Source of the DNA: Lingula anatina
Lineage: Eukaryota; Animalia; Brachiopoda
DNA length: 64,000 nucleotides
NCBI GenBank assembly: GCA_051362555.1
Contig: CM120643.1
Location: forward strand, 4,030,001-4,094,000
Direction: 5' to 3'
In this document: positions 1 to 11,925 of the stretch, in pieces
Layout of the letters: the number at the start of each line of letters is the position of its first letter
Position numbering within the stretch: the first letter of the stretch is position 1
The notes under the pieces: model-generated
Told to the model about the DNA's origin: nothing
Databases searched by the model: none
The model's input: the letters and a program-made list of their open reading frames with translations, nothing else
Translations under genes and position numbers: made by a program

Positions 1-2515
1 ACTGCGGAGCAGTTCTATTTGATTGACGGAAACCTAACATGGCCGCTGGTCTTCAGTGCTAGTAAAAGGGACTCCACCACAAGGTATATTTAGCAAGCTA
101 GCTTTTACGTTGCTCTGACACTCAGGGTATTATGCTGGGGACTTATAAGAATTCCTTTTAGAACAGTACATTGAAATATGAGAGTTGATACATTGTTTCT
201 TATGTGTCTAAAAGAAAAAAAATAAGTTTTTGAAGTCATCCATTGCCCCCCCCCCCCCTTTTTTATGAAAAACTTTTCCCTATAATGCAGACATGTTGCA
301 TATATTATATCATCTCCCAACCTTTATTTGGGGAAAATATTTGTTCCTGACATAATGGCCTGCTGAAATCTTTTGTTGAAGATGATTTGTCTCAATGAAG
401 TCAAGGTTTGTGAACCAGGCTCCAACCATTTCTTTTTCCTCCCTGACATCAGGAGATAGGGTCCATGTTCCTGTAGCCATCCACAGACATCCCTGGTGTT
501 CATTCTCAACACGATGGTCCCCCCCCCCCCCCCCCACTTTGACTGAGTAAAAAATTTTTTAAAAATCATTATTTATTTTATTTTATTTTATTTTTGCATG
601 TATTTTGGTGACTGTCTTACCATAGATACCAAACCATGTTTTTGTTTTACATCAAATATGCAGAGAGGCTTTGTTTAGTAAAAAGCTGCTTGAATTAAAA
701 ATTAACAGGATTTGATTATTTTTACCAATACATGCGCACAGTTTTATAAGTATTGAAAGAAGCTATTATATAACTAATGGTAAAACTGGTGAATTTGCAA
801 ACCCATAGGCCTTGGCCCATATTTGTATATATTCGGTGCTGTCACAGAAAAAAATCTATTAAACTCTTTTGTTGCAACATGTTTTGTGTTTTTTGTGTCT
901 GTATATTTTGCCAGCTTTGCTGTCTAGTCTTATGTTAGTGCTCATCTTATGGTTTGCCTAAGGATAATTAAGTATGAAAGATGTCTGCAGCAATTTTGTA
1001 TTAGTAATATGGAGAAAATCATTTCATTATTATTTCTTTAAAATAAATAATGTAGCAAATTTTGGCAATAAATATATTGAAGCTTTTATACTAATATGTG
1101 CGGTCCTGTTGTTGTAGTCTTAATAAAAGATGAGTACTTATGATTACTTTGATTGCTTACTTTGTAATTTTATGTACATTTTTAAAAATAAAATTGAATG
1201 AAAAGACACTTTTTTCTTATCTTAATTATTCAAAGTTATTTATTGAGTTACTTTGCCTATAGTACATGTAGTGCTAATAAACTAATACTGGATAAAGCAA
1301 GTCAGAATGATGACTGAATCATCACATTGTTAATGTCTGTTATAAGTACTGGTACCTAATAAATTCCCACCTGGTAATTCTGGAGCTGTTTGTAATCAAA
1401 GAATGTTTATTTATTTATTTAATTAAGCTCATTAGTGCAGAATTTTATTTAAGAGAAACTGGGTTGAAGTTGTAGAGAGGCATAGATAAAGAGAAGGGAG
1501 AAAGAGAAATTAAATACTAAGAAAATTTCAGACTCCTATAGCTGTTTGTTATATTTTCTCTCTTATGCCTCATTGAGCATATTCAGAAGAGCAGACTAGC
1601 AGATCTGCGGATCAAATATGCCCACCTAAAAAGCTTGTCACTTAAAATTCCTGATAAGACACAAAATAGATTTCCTATGGGGATAAAGCAACAAGCATTA
1701 GCATTTAGTGGGTCACCATATTTGATCTGCAGATCAGTTAGTTCTCTGTTCTGAATGCGCTGATTGACAAATAATATCATACAGAACCTGGGTAGGGGGT
1801 AAAACTTATGCTTACAACAGGTATGTATACAAAACTGATGAAGGATACTTGGTAAATAAAAATTTTCCAGTTTTTCACTACTTGAGAGTTACTATTACAC
1901 TTACTGTCATATTGAAGATATTTCATTTACATACATAACCCCAACCAGGTAATATGATGTGACTATTTTATTCATCAGTGCAGTGGAGATCATAGTTGTA
2001 TATGTGTCTGTAGTCTCATATGGAAATCACTAAACACACTGTGGACATGATATACAGTGATGAGAGAGAGAACATTTTAAAAGCAGCAAACTACAGTCTC
2101 TTTGCCATAAATTTCAGGCTTTTCTTTCCTTATGAAATATGTACAAAGTACATATACATTTACTCGGGGGAATTTTTAATGCACAAATGTAATTAAAAAG
2201 TACTGTGCAGATGTTTACAAATACAGTTTGTAAGTCTTTGAAAATTAAATTGAAAGTCTACAGTGCAGTTTTTGTCACTATTTGAGTTTATCATACTTAT
2301 ATTATTTTAGGTAATTATATGATTTCATCAACTGTATTCATAACTTTCAATTTTAACACACTTCTTGAAAATGTATTTGACCTTTGTTTTTCTGAGAATT
2401 ATCATTTCAACATTATAAATGTACCAACCAACTTTTAATTATAAATAAATATTAAAAATTATTATTTATTGTTGTTGTATTATTTATATGACTGTGTAAG
2501 AATATTTAGGTCTAA

Positions 2516-2764
2516 GAACTCAGTCCCAATAAAAATAAGAGTGCATTCAGTGCTTTATCTGTCTAGGTAGATCAATTCAGGGGGACTCTTGCTGAATGCA
2601 GTCAGATTAAGATATTAGCATACCACCCCCTAGCTTTGAGTAGAAAATGGAAAACAAGCATGTTATAAACAAAAGGAGGCGAGCCAATCCAATTGCATTC
2701 AGCAAGAGTCCCTGTGGAGTTGGATCGATTTACATAGACCAATAGTGTCATTGGGAATGAGTCC
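2516..2764. mobile_element. MITE, PIF/Harbinger-like, with TAA TSD and internal inverted repeat
   Basis: TAA|GAACTCAGTCCCAAT ... ATTGGGAATGAGTCC|TAA (imperfect 15-bp TIR; TAA at 2513-2515 and 2765-2767). Perfect internal 19-bp inverted pair GGGACTCTTGCTGAATGCA (2582-2600) / TGCATTCAGCAAGAGTCCC (2694-2712). Confidence 0.7.
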
Positions 2765-3025
2765 TAAATTGAGGCACTAGTAGATATGTCAGTGGCAATA
2801 CTAAGATGAATAAAAAGAAAATGATAAAAAGAAAATGTAGTAATAGTTTCTAATATGATTCTTTTACTTCCAAAAGTATTTTATGCGGTTCAAAGTGATA
2901 ACATTGGTAATATTAAAGAATCGGGGACCACTGAAAGACAAAGTATATTGCAAACTTTTTGAGAGGTAAAAAACTAGGCCATGTCTCCCATTTCTCCCTG
3001 CAGAATCTTACAGATATCAAGTCAG

Positions 3026-3351
3026 CGACGCTGTATATGTGCGCACGCATGTTATTACGTCGCTCATTCTTCTTTGTTACGTCAAAATGATACATACGTT
3101 ACCATAAAGCGTGTAAATATTTTCTATTCTATTTTCATTGGTTGTCTCTCCTTTTGTGCGCCAACACTATTTTAATGAAACACAAATAAAAGACATAAGA
3201 GTTGGCCCACAAAGCGAAAGAAAACCAATGAAAATAGAATAAATATTTACACGCTTCATGGTAACGTATGTATAGGTAACGTATGTATCATTTTAGCGTA
3301 ACAAAGAAGAATAAGCGACGTAAAAACAAGCGTGCGCACATATACAACGTC
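3026..3351. repeat. Long imperfect palindrome (foldback), arms ~140-150 bp, loop ~35 bp
   Basis: CGACGCTGTATATGTGCGCACG...TGTGCGCCAAC (~3026-3166) is the reverse complement of GTTGGCCCACA...CGTGCGCACATATACAACGTCG (~3201-3351). The right arm has a short duplication of GGTAACGTATGTAT. Confidence 0.85.
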
Positions 3352-3703
3352 GCACGCAACCACAGAGTCACGAAAACAGAGAACAAACAATGAAATCAGA
3401 AAACAATACCTTCACGAATGATGCGTAACTCAGTAAACTGATTCTTATGTGATTTGTTTTTTCTAAGAAGCATATTTGAGTTCATATGTACTGCTGCATA
3501 AAAATTAAAATGTTAGATATTCATGTACAAACCTTAGTCGCCACAACTCTAGTGTTAAATATTTACAGTGCTAGAGCAATAGGCGACATCATGTTTTAAT
3601 TGGGATGCTTTAATAATAATAACCTCATTTATTTGGGATGAAGGTCTAAAGATGGAAAAAACAAAATGGTTTGCTTGTGCAATAACCTGATGATAACGTT
3701 TAG

Positions 3704-4733
3704 ATTGCGTTAAGCCGCATCGTGTCTTCTCTAACACAATCCCACATTCAGTGCTATTATTATGTAAACCAGGTGAGCATTTGGGTGAGAAGTATTCAAA
3801 TAGGACCAAGGTCAGCAGGAAGAGGAAGAAGCTTCACGTGCCACATTGCCACAATTTCCACACGTAGACTGAAATTTTGGCACTGAGAATTGCTGTAGTT
3901 TGTTGTAAGTACTGTATAGATGATATAAGGCAACACTGATCGGTTTATGTTGACGATATTTTATCCAAAAGTATGCATTTCCCACTTCAGGCGTAATGGC
4001 TCTTGGGTATATTTCATTGACATGAATGCCGAAATGAGCTTGAAAAGTTAAATATCTTTTTATGTTCCTTTTTCCAGAAGGAAAGTATTTGCTCATAAAG
4101 AAGTGAGAAGATTATTCCAGCCGTCCAAAGGTCTGAACGCGTTATTCCGTCAAACAAAGCAAGACGACAAAGCAGGTGATTACCGGTACATTCTCAGCTC
4201 CCAATGGGTGCCTTTTTATTTTTTGACAGCGAGCTGTACAAATATATCCTGTTTACTAAAGTTAACTGACAATAAACAAATTATTTTATAGAGAACTAGC
4301 CGCGACCAGGAAAGCAAACGTATATTTGCTAGGCACAGTCAACCTCCCTTGACTTCAATTTTTTTCCTGATTGGATGCATTGGAATAAAGTAATTGGTAG
4401 AATCATTCTGAAGAGTTTTTAATAAGCAAATGTAGCAATAAAATCCTGAATTTATATCACTCTACCCACAAAATATGCAAAATAATGTATAACTAAGAAA
4501 GTCAAAAACCAAACAAGATCATTGTTATTATTATTATGTATTTCATTTTGTCAGATCCTTAGATATTGTTATGAATTTTACTTAATCCATTTCATTTTTC
4601 ATTTAATTTCATTGCCTCGTAACAACCGTCTACGATGAGAAAGGACGCACTCCCAGCAAAGACATCAGATTCGTGAACGCCAGCGCCCGCACCCATGTCA
4701 ACGTTGTCTTGCGTGTCGAAGTTTGTCGTATAG
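3704..4733 (+). pseudogene. Three decayed exons of an unknown protein with a hydrophobic C-terminal tail (copy 1)
   Basis: AG/GT-bounded segments 3704-3772 (GTGAGC donor) and 4078-4175, plus a segment from 4613 (acceptor AG mutated to AT here, intact in copy 2). They join phase 1-1-0 as CVKPHRVFSNTIPHSVLLLCKP-EGKYLLIKK*EDYSSRPKV*TRYSVKQSKTTKQ-CLVTTVYDEKGRTPSKDIRFVNASARTHVNVVL. Two in-frame TGA codons. Confidence 0.4.
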
Positions 4734-4760
4734 TTTTAACTTGCAGTTTAAGTTAAAACT

Positions 4761-4917
4761 TGCAGGGTTGACATTTGATTTGGTTTGAAATGTAATATTT
4801 GTTTTGGTTTGTAATATTCTGCATCAAAACATGTATCAAATGAAGTACAGCGTGCAACAAATGTTTTATTCATGAAACTTCTGATAAAAGGGACCAAATT
4901 CAAGTGTCAACCCTGCA
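4761..4917. mobile_element. Short MITE with TGCAGGGTTGACA termini (hAT-like ends, no TSD seen)
   Basis: TGCAGGGTTGACATTTGATTTGGT ... ACCAAATTCAAGTGTCAACCCTGCA. Second copy at 51700-51856. Confidence 0.65.
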
Positions 4918-7221
4918 CGTCGCTGGTTTATTATTATACATATGTAAATAAGTTGTAATACAGCACTCTATCCGCACACGATGTTTTTATCATAATTTAA
5001 AATTTTGTTCATACGCACCAGTTCTCTAACCTGAAACGACACTTTTAAAATTATCCTAAAACAAAAAAGTGCCTTGCTTAAGTGATCCATGAAAATAAAA
5101 TTAATTGTTGTAAAATTATCATTAAGTGATGTGCAGGTAGAGCGCTGTAGTGGTGCGACCGATTTAATGTTTGATTGTAAAATTTTGTGTGGGCAAATAT
5201 GTAATAAGACGCTTTGTTATGCACTCGAAAATACATTTTTTTTCATATTAAATTGGATATGGATACAAATATTGATTTTAATGAAGTTAACTTTAAAAAA
5301 ATAAGTAGACTCGTGCGTAAAATGTATACAGGAATCTTTTCTTGGAAGGATATTTTACAAGAATCTTTTATTGGAAGAAATGACCGAGATATAAAACTAC
5401 AATAAGCTGTTAACACTGTAATCCAAATTATGACACTTAAGAATTATCGGAAGTATGACATTGTAAAATGTGCTCAAGTTATTACAGAATTGCCTACACG
5501 TATTAAAACAGGCCTTTCTAAAATTATGGATATGACGCATGGTAAGAATAAACTTCCTTTGGTTCCCGCTGTTTTGATATGCGAGTAGTATGTCTGATCT
5601 GTGATAGACCCATAGTTTTATTGCTGGGAGGCGGTAGAAATGTTTTTGTTTTCAGAAAATCAAACCAGGGGTTGGGTCGTTTTTTTTCGAAATTTATATG
5701 TTTTTGTTATTTAAGAAGGAAAATTGGCTTTTTGCCTTCGTTACAAAGCGGAATTGTTAAGAGAAACAAAGTGTTTTATTTTGGCATCCTTTGACAATTA
5801 AAGTGTACGTGCAGGACTGGCATTTATCGTATCATTTTATAACTTGAAAATCCTTATCATATTCTTATCGTTAACTACAGTTGTCGCAAAGCTTTTTTTT
5901 TGGGGGGGGGAGGGGGGTATCGGTATTTCCTAGTAATTTGACGAACTTTTGTAGACTGTCAACTTTTGCCAATCCTCTAAAAACAAAATAAAATCTTTAT
6001 TGAATTAACATAAAATCTGCATACGTATCTGTTTTTATATTTGGTACATTGTAGTTTAGTGTATGATTTGGCCAGTTAATTGCCAATTTACTGAATTATT
6101 GTTTAAAATCCTTTGTTTTGTGGCATTTGTCTAATCAAATGTGAAAAATCAAAATTTCATCAGAAAGATGACACTTTGATTGGTAAGGCTAAAAGTTTAA
6201 TAAAAAATAGGAAGCTCAGTGTTTTATTTAATGTTGATCTTGTACTTGTCATTTCTTAATTCTATATTTCGGTCGGGATCAAGGGGTGATTGAGAACAAA
6301 AGGCCTGATTAGGTGCCAGTCTTGCACGTGCTGTTGGGTTATTTTTGCTGAGTGTTTCTGAATCACTGAGCACAAGTGACAATAGAGTTATTTTAAGTAA
6401 ACTTGTTTTTGCATAACCTTTTTAATTTTGTTTAGGTAATATTGTTCTTAAAATGACTATTGACTGGGATAAGGTTGTAAACTGACCATGTCTTCATGCT
6501 GTTCTTGATTCGCACGGCGCATAAATTTGTTCCTATTCTAAGATTTAAAGAGAAGAAAAACATATTCATTTATCTATGAGAAAGCATTCATTAAATTTAC
6601 AGAACTGAATAATGTTTGACTGCTGTTTCGTATTTTGTGTAATCATCAGCATGGCGACATACAGTAAGTTGTGGGGTCAGGAGTGTGTACCCGTGTGCGG
6701 GGAGAACGCTTACATGAGATCATATGCATTTTGAATTTTCTATATTGTCACCACCCTTGGATAAAAATGTCCCTCGGTGAAATATTGGATCAGTCACAAG
6801 ACAAATACTCCAATTTCAACTTTGAACGATTGCTGTAAAATACATCGTCAAATCTTCAACTTTCTCTTTTAACTCTGGGCAAAAACCTAAGAATTTCATG
6901 TTCTGGTCAGTATTATGTCGCCTTGTATGCAGTGTTCTTGAACACTTTTTTAGAACCAAAATGATTGATCTTGAGCGACAATATTCAAAATGCATAGAAT
7001 CTCCCACACATTTAGTTGTAGATAGTTGTATTTAAGATTAATTTATATCTCAAATTGCGCAGTCGTTATGAAAATTACTTTTTATGTAGAGCCAAAACGT
7101 AATGTTAGGATTTTGCATACATCTGTATGGTGTAGTTGTTTGTATTTGTTATAATAAACGTACATAAAAGTTGTAATAGATGATGTGCAAAATGTCTCAT
7201 GTTTATTCTTGACTTTCTTCT

Positions 7222-7313
7222 CTTCAGCTCGACTTGAACCTTAGGTTTTCAACTCCTAGCTCGTCCTTTTCTACTTCTTAGTCTGTCGCCTTACCTACTG
7301 AGCCACTGTCTCA
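7222..7313 (-). pseudogene. tRNA-like module A (degenerate, insertion after the anticodon loop)
   Basis: Minus strand GAGACAGTGGCTCAGTAGGTAAGGCGACAGACTAAGAA...GGTTCAAGTC, giving an A box, an AAG anticodon-like loop and a B box. Stems are poorly paired. Confidence 0.55.
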
Positions 7314-7404
7314 GTTCGCGTTTTTCCTCATTCGTATGATCCTCTTATAGTAGTTTGAATTGTTTATTTGGGTTTATTTTTGCAAAAGGTAATTTGCTGG
7401 GACC

Positions 7405-7478
7405 TAGAAGCGCCAGGAATCGAACTGGGGACCTTCTGTCTCAGAGGCAAGCGCGTTACCTACTCCTCTAAGTGTTCC
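7405..7478 (-). pseudogene. tRNA-like module B (CTG anticodon position; pseudo-tRNA or SINE-head-like)
   Basis: Minus strand GGAACACTTAGAGGAGTAGGTAACGCGCTTGCCTCTGAGACAGAAGGTCCCCAGTTCGATTCCTGGCGCTTCTA. tRNA length and spacing with a B box (GTTCGATTCC), but mismatched acceptor, D and anticodon stems. Confidence 0.7.
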
Positions 7479-7555
7479 CACCCACCCTCCCCGTGTAGAC
7501 TTTCTTCTTATAGTAACCAAAGAAAAATTCTAATAGCACCTCATTGTAATTCCAA

Positions 7556-7612
7556 AGTGCCCGAGCCAGGAATCGAACCCCAACCCCAGGCTTTCACTGA
7601 GCCATGTAGCCA
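7556..7612 (-). pseudogene. tRNA-like module C (internally deleted)
   Basis: Minus strand TGGCTCAGTG (A box) joined to AAAGCCTGGGGTTGGGGTTCGATTCCTGGCTCGGGCA (B box). The centre is missing. Confidence 0.55.
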
Positions 7613-10600
7613 TCAGTAAAAACGCTAAGACAATTTGCATATTCAATAAGCTTTTTTTATTAAGAGCAATTCAAATTTATTTTACTGTATTTCATTATTA
7701 ATAAAACATATCTATAAAACATCATTGTCTTAAGTCTTTTTATTACTATAACTATCTGTGAGAATATTATTGATGGCTGCATTTAAATTCACTTACAGGT
7801 GTAAAATACATAACGTTCTTATCTATTTGACTTGACAAATAAACTGTCTACCACATTAATGGTCTTATGTTTGATCTTAATGACACAAGCAAAATATTTC
7901 AACTTCTTCATTAAAAAAACAATGGTGGATCTAGTCTCCGCCCTCCCCTAGGAGAGCTAGAGACCCATTCTGGACTCACATGATCAAGTCCTCAAAATAC
8001 TCCATCTCATCCTAAATGTCAACATCTGACCCCTTTAAAATGTCCTGGATCCGCCATTGTTTTTCTGTATATAACAATGAAAATTATGAGATATTTATTT
8101 TAATAAAAATTTAAAAATGCTCTGTTTAAAAATTGCATGCTTTTTTCAGTCGTACACTTATCGTTGTGAAAAAAAAACGGACACGCACTTTCGTTATGTC
8201 TGGCAAAAAAAGTGTCAAAGGTACTAAGGTAAAAACACATACAGCGTTTACCTAGCTGTTGACAATATGGACAGAATAATAAACACTAGTTTATAAAGGG
8301 AATTTAAAATTGAAAAAATTCCTTACAAAAACTATTTAAAAAACAAACTTCATCTTCACTTATGAAATCTGGGTTAAAATCCAAGTGACAAATCACGATA
8401 TTTCTCACGTATTGAAACGGGTCTTTTTATTTTCTACATCCATTTTCAATTTGAAAAATCTTGTAACAAATGATTTGCAACCTTCTGAACATAAATTGAA
8501 CCTGTATTTGTTCAAGAGATTAATGGCAAAAATATCAGTTATATTGCCGGATAAGACGTGTTACATTTGTAAGAACTACATTCAGAGATAAATACTAAAA
8601 CACGAATGGCAATTACATGCACCAAATCAGCTTTTCAAAATGGAAATTTTCCCAAATCTAAATTGAAAATTGAAAATTCTACATACTTCACTAGTGAAAC
8701 AAAATCATCAATCTTCGTTCGTAAAATTACATCTCTTACTCAACAAGACAGCAAATTTTCGAATTTCAAGAGACGATATGCCCTATTTCTCATCTGAACA
8801 TTAAAAGTAAGACACACAATGAGCGTCACTCTAGATTTCAGTCCATTTGGAGAATGAAGCTGAGGAATACAGTCACGCCGGTAAAAACAGAAATCAAGAA
8901 TTAGACACTGGGCTTGTAAAATTTATCAACGGTTTTGATAATGTGTTCCATATGATTTAAGTGAAATTGCTGGATATTAAAGAAAAATTTTGGGCTTTAA
9001 ACAGACATAAAATTTCTATATTTTTGCGGACTTAATTAGCATTCGATCTAAACTAGAAAGTCACCCGTTGCTGTCTTGCTGAAGAATACCACAAACAGTA
9101 CCATTTTACATGTCACGTGTGACAAACTAGAAACTACGATAGTATAAAACATATTTCAATACAATAAAGCAATTTTTTCTAACTGATGACCATGCATTCT
9201 GATATATCATTACGTTTTAAATATGTAACATTTAATTCGTAAAAGACCTCAAATTCGTGATGTTTTATTGAAAGAAAGACACCTTTGGACAAAGCCTTTC
9301 CTAATCCGTTCCAAACAGCATTTCGGGCTATCAGCTCGAAAGGTTGATCTTATAATTTGTCACGCAGAAATCAATATAACTTCAATTTATCTTACACATT
9401 TTAATGAAATGAAATATTAAATATTAATTTATGAAATCTTGCCAATATTCGAAATGGAAGTGTATTACTATACCCCCTTAATGCTTCAATTATGTTCTTT
9501 ACTTCGGAAATGGACGTTTGTTGCTATACCTGACATATTCTATAATTCCACTACCAACCGATCACTAAATATCAACATGCCAATTTATAGCCAGACCTTC
9601 ACAATACATTTCACAGCATTTTCCCCTCCTTGGCCATTTCTCACGATAAACTTCAACTGCCACTACTATTTCTACCGACGAAGGTAAAAAAACTAAACAT
9701 GAAGTGCAACTGCATCTTCCTTTCTTTCATGAGACGTGATGAGATGAAGTGAAGGAGGAAATAAATGGTACGCGGGGAAAATGTTGGGAAATGGTCATGA
9801 ACGCTCTTAAGCAAACGGGTGTCAAAATACATTTCGGAAATAAATCACAATTTACTTATCACCAAATGCCTGACATTGATTTCTTAATACTTTATATTGA
9901 TATGGCTGAAATTACGATATTCGTATACTTAATATCTAAGCCGCCTTCGCTCCACTTCCTGATCACTCAGCACTGAGGCAGTGACGTCTCCTTCCAGGCT
10001 GTCCATCCCATTACATTCATGGTAGGGGGAGGTGACAGGCTGAAGTGACCGCCTTTCCTTTTTAACTCTCACCAATATTTTACGGATGGAACTTCATTTG
10101 TACTTTACAACATTAAAAATACATTGCGCGACGTTTGTGTTCAGTATATTTCAAAAAATGCCAGACGAAAATAACTTCAGATCCTTATCCACCCCAAATT
10201 GAAACAACATTTTGTAGGTCACTAGCTATCTTGATATGACTCAATATTGTTCACTGATTTGAATATCTGAGCAGTTTTTGCTATGTTTGACCAAGTAGAC
10301 CTTACGATAGAGACTGCGGTGTTTTGATTCTGATGCTGTCTCAACCATGATTGTGACGGACTCCACAAATATCACCTTATTGTGTTAGTGAAGACATAAC
10401 GCGAGGCAGGGAGGGGGGATAAAAAGTTCATAAAGAAATTACCTAATAAGCTTTTGAAAATGACAATATGATATTTTAGTTTAGATTAGATGTCGACGAA
10501 CCATTCAATAGAGAAAGTTGGATTAGAAGGAAATATGTTGAAAAAAACGGCACAAAAATGATGGGGGGAGGGTATGGATGATGGTATAAAAGGTTTGGGA

Positions 10601-11882
10601 GAGTCGGGGTAATTGAGTTTTTAGTGCGTTCGGGTGTTTACCGGTGTCCTTTAACTTTAACTCACCAAGTTATACAAACTTTTACAACTTTTGTCTCTAA
10701 AAAAACCTGTTCAGATTTATTTTTTCTACTTATATAACTAGGCCTACCCTATGTTTCAACTATAGTAATTCACAAAGATGGACTTCGAATTCCAAGATGA
10801 CGTCTAATGAGAAAGAGCGCCATTACTAAAAACGCAGCACTAGAAAATTAACTGGCAAATCGTCAACTCTAGGAAAGGAACTAAAATTAAAATAAGTTCC
10901 AGCAAATGTTATGCTGACGTTATGCTAGAAAATCATCGTGACATTATAATTTAGCGCTGATTTACTCTATCAAATTCTTCCTCTGAAATGTTGTCCCAAT
11001 GAATAAAATTGAAGCTTGCATACTTGTCTGTCATGTCTTGAAATTGAAATTTTAAAAGATTAAAATAGAAAGAAGTTATAGGCATTTTTCATTGAAATTA
11101 GCGTTTTTACACACAAGCAACGTAATGGCGCGTAAAAAACGACGTAAAATCTCTACGCAGTGTCGACAGAATTTACGTGAAATCAAATTTTGCTATTTTT
11201 GAACTACACAAACTGTCGGCGATTATCACATTAAGTATGTTTGCCGACTTGCACGAAATGTTGCACATTTTTATTTATGCACTAGGGCCTATTTGTGCAA
11301 TTATCCAGAATACATCAGAAAACATAAGACAGAAGTGCTAATGAATGAGATTTAGTGCTTTTGCTGAACTATCCCCATAGGCAATGGGCTAAAAAAAAAA
11401 AAAAAAAGAGTTGTACAGATAGCGGTTTGAAGGACAGAATGATAATTTGTTTTTTAAATGAAAAAAGGATTTTTTCGAAGTGAGATATTTTGTACTTCAT
11501 AAAGAAATCTCAACAATATTTCAAAAATGTTCCAGTAACAGAATGTTAGGCTATCGACGTGAGTGTCACCTCTACCTGAGGTGTGCAAAAAGCTGAATCC
11601 TGATGAAAGCCACATAACGGAGAACGGAGACGGAAATATCGGAGCGCAAAAATTGACTTGTTTTAATTATTGATTAAAACAGGCTTTTAGTATATGACTA
11701 AGTTGTAAAACAGCTGATGGATTTCTTGAAACATTGAATGACTTGAATTGGAATATAATAAAATTCTTAATTGCAGATTTGATTTTTCTGTATCATTTTG
11801 TGTAGTTAAAGTATTCTACTATAGCAAACTGCTAACAACACATTTCTAACCGAGGCGTTACTTTGCAAAGCATAAAAAATAG

Positions 11883-11886
<4 letters not shown>

Positions 11887-11924
<38 letters not shown>
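11887..11924. repeat. (GT)n microsatellite
   Basis: Pure GT run; paralogous run at ~59032-59067. Confidence 0.95.

Positions 11925-11925
<1 letters not shown>

Noticed and set aside
1-2500. Possible exons or 3' UTR at the window start (AAG|GTATAT at ~83, several AATAAA)
   Set aside because: No convincing reading frame or paired splice sites could be assembled.
7405-7478. Functional tRNA-Gln(CTG) gene
   Set aside because: Acceptor, D, anticodon and T stems all contain mismatches. Kept only as tRNA-like.
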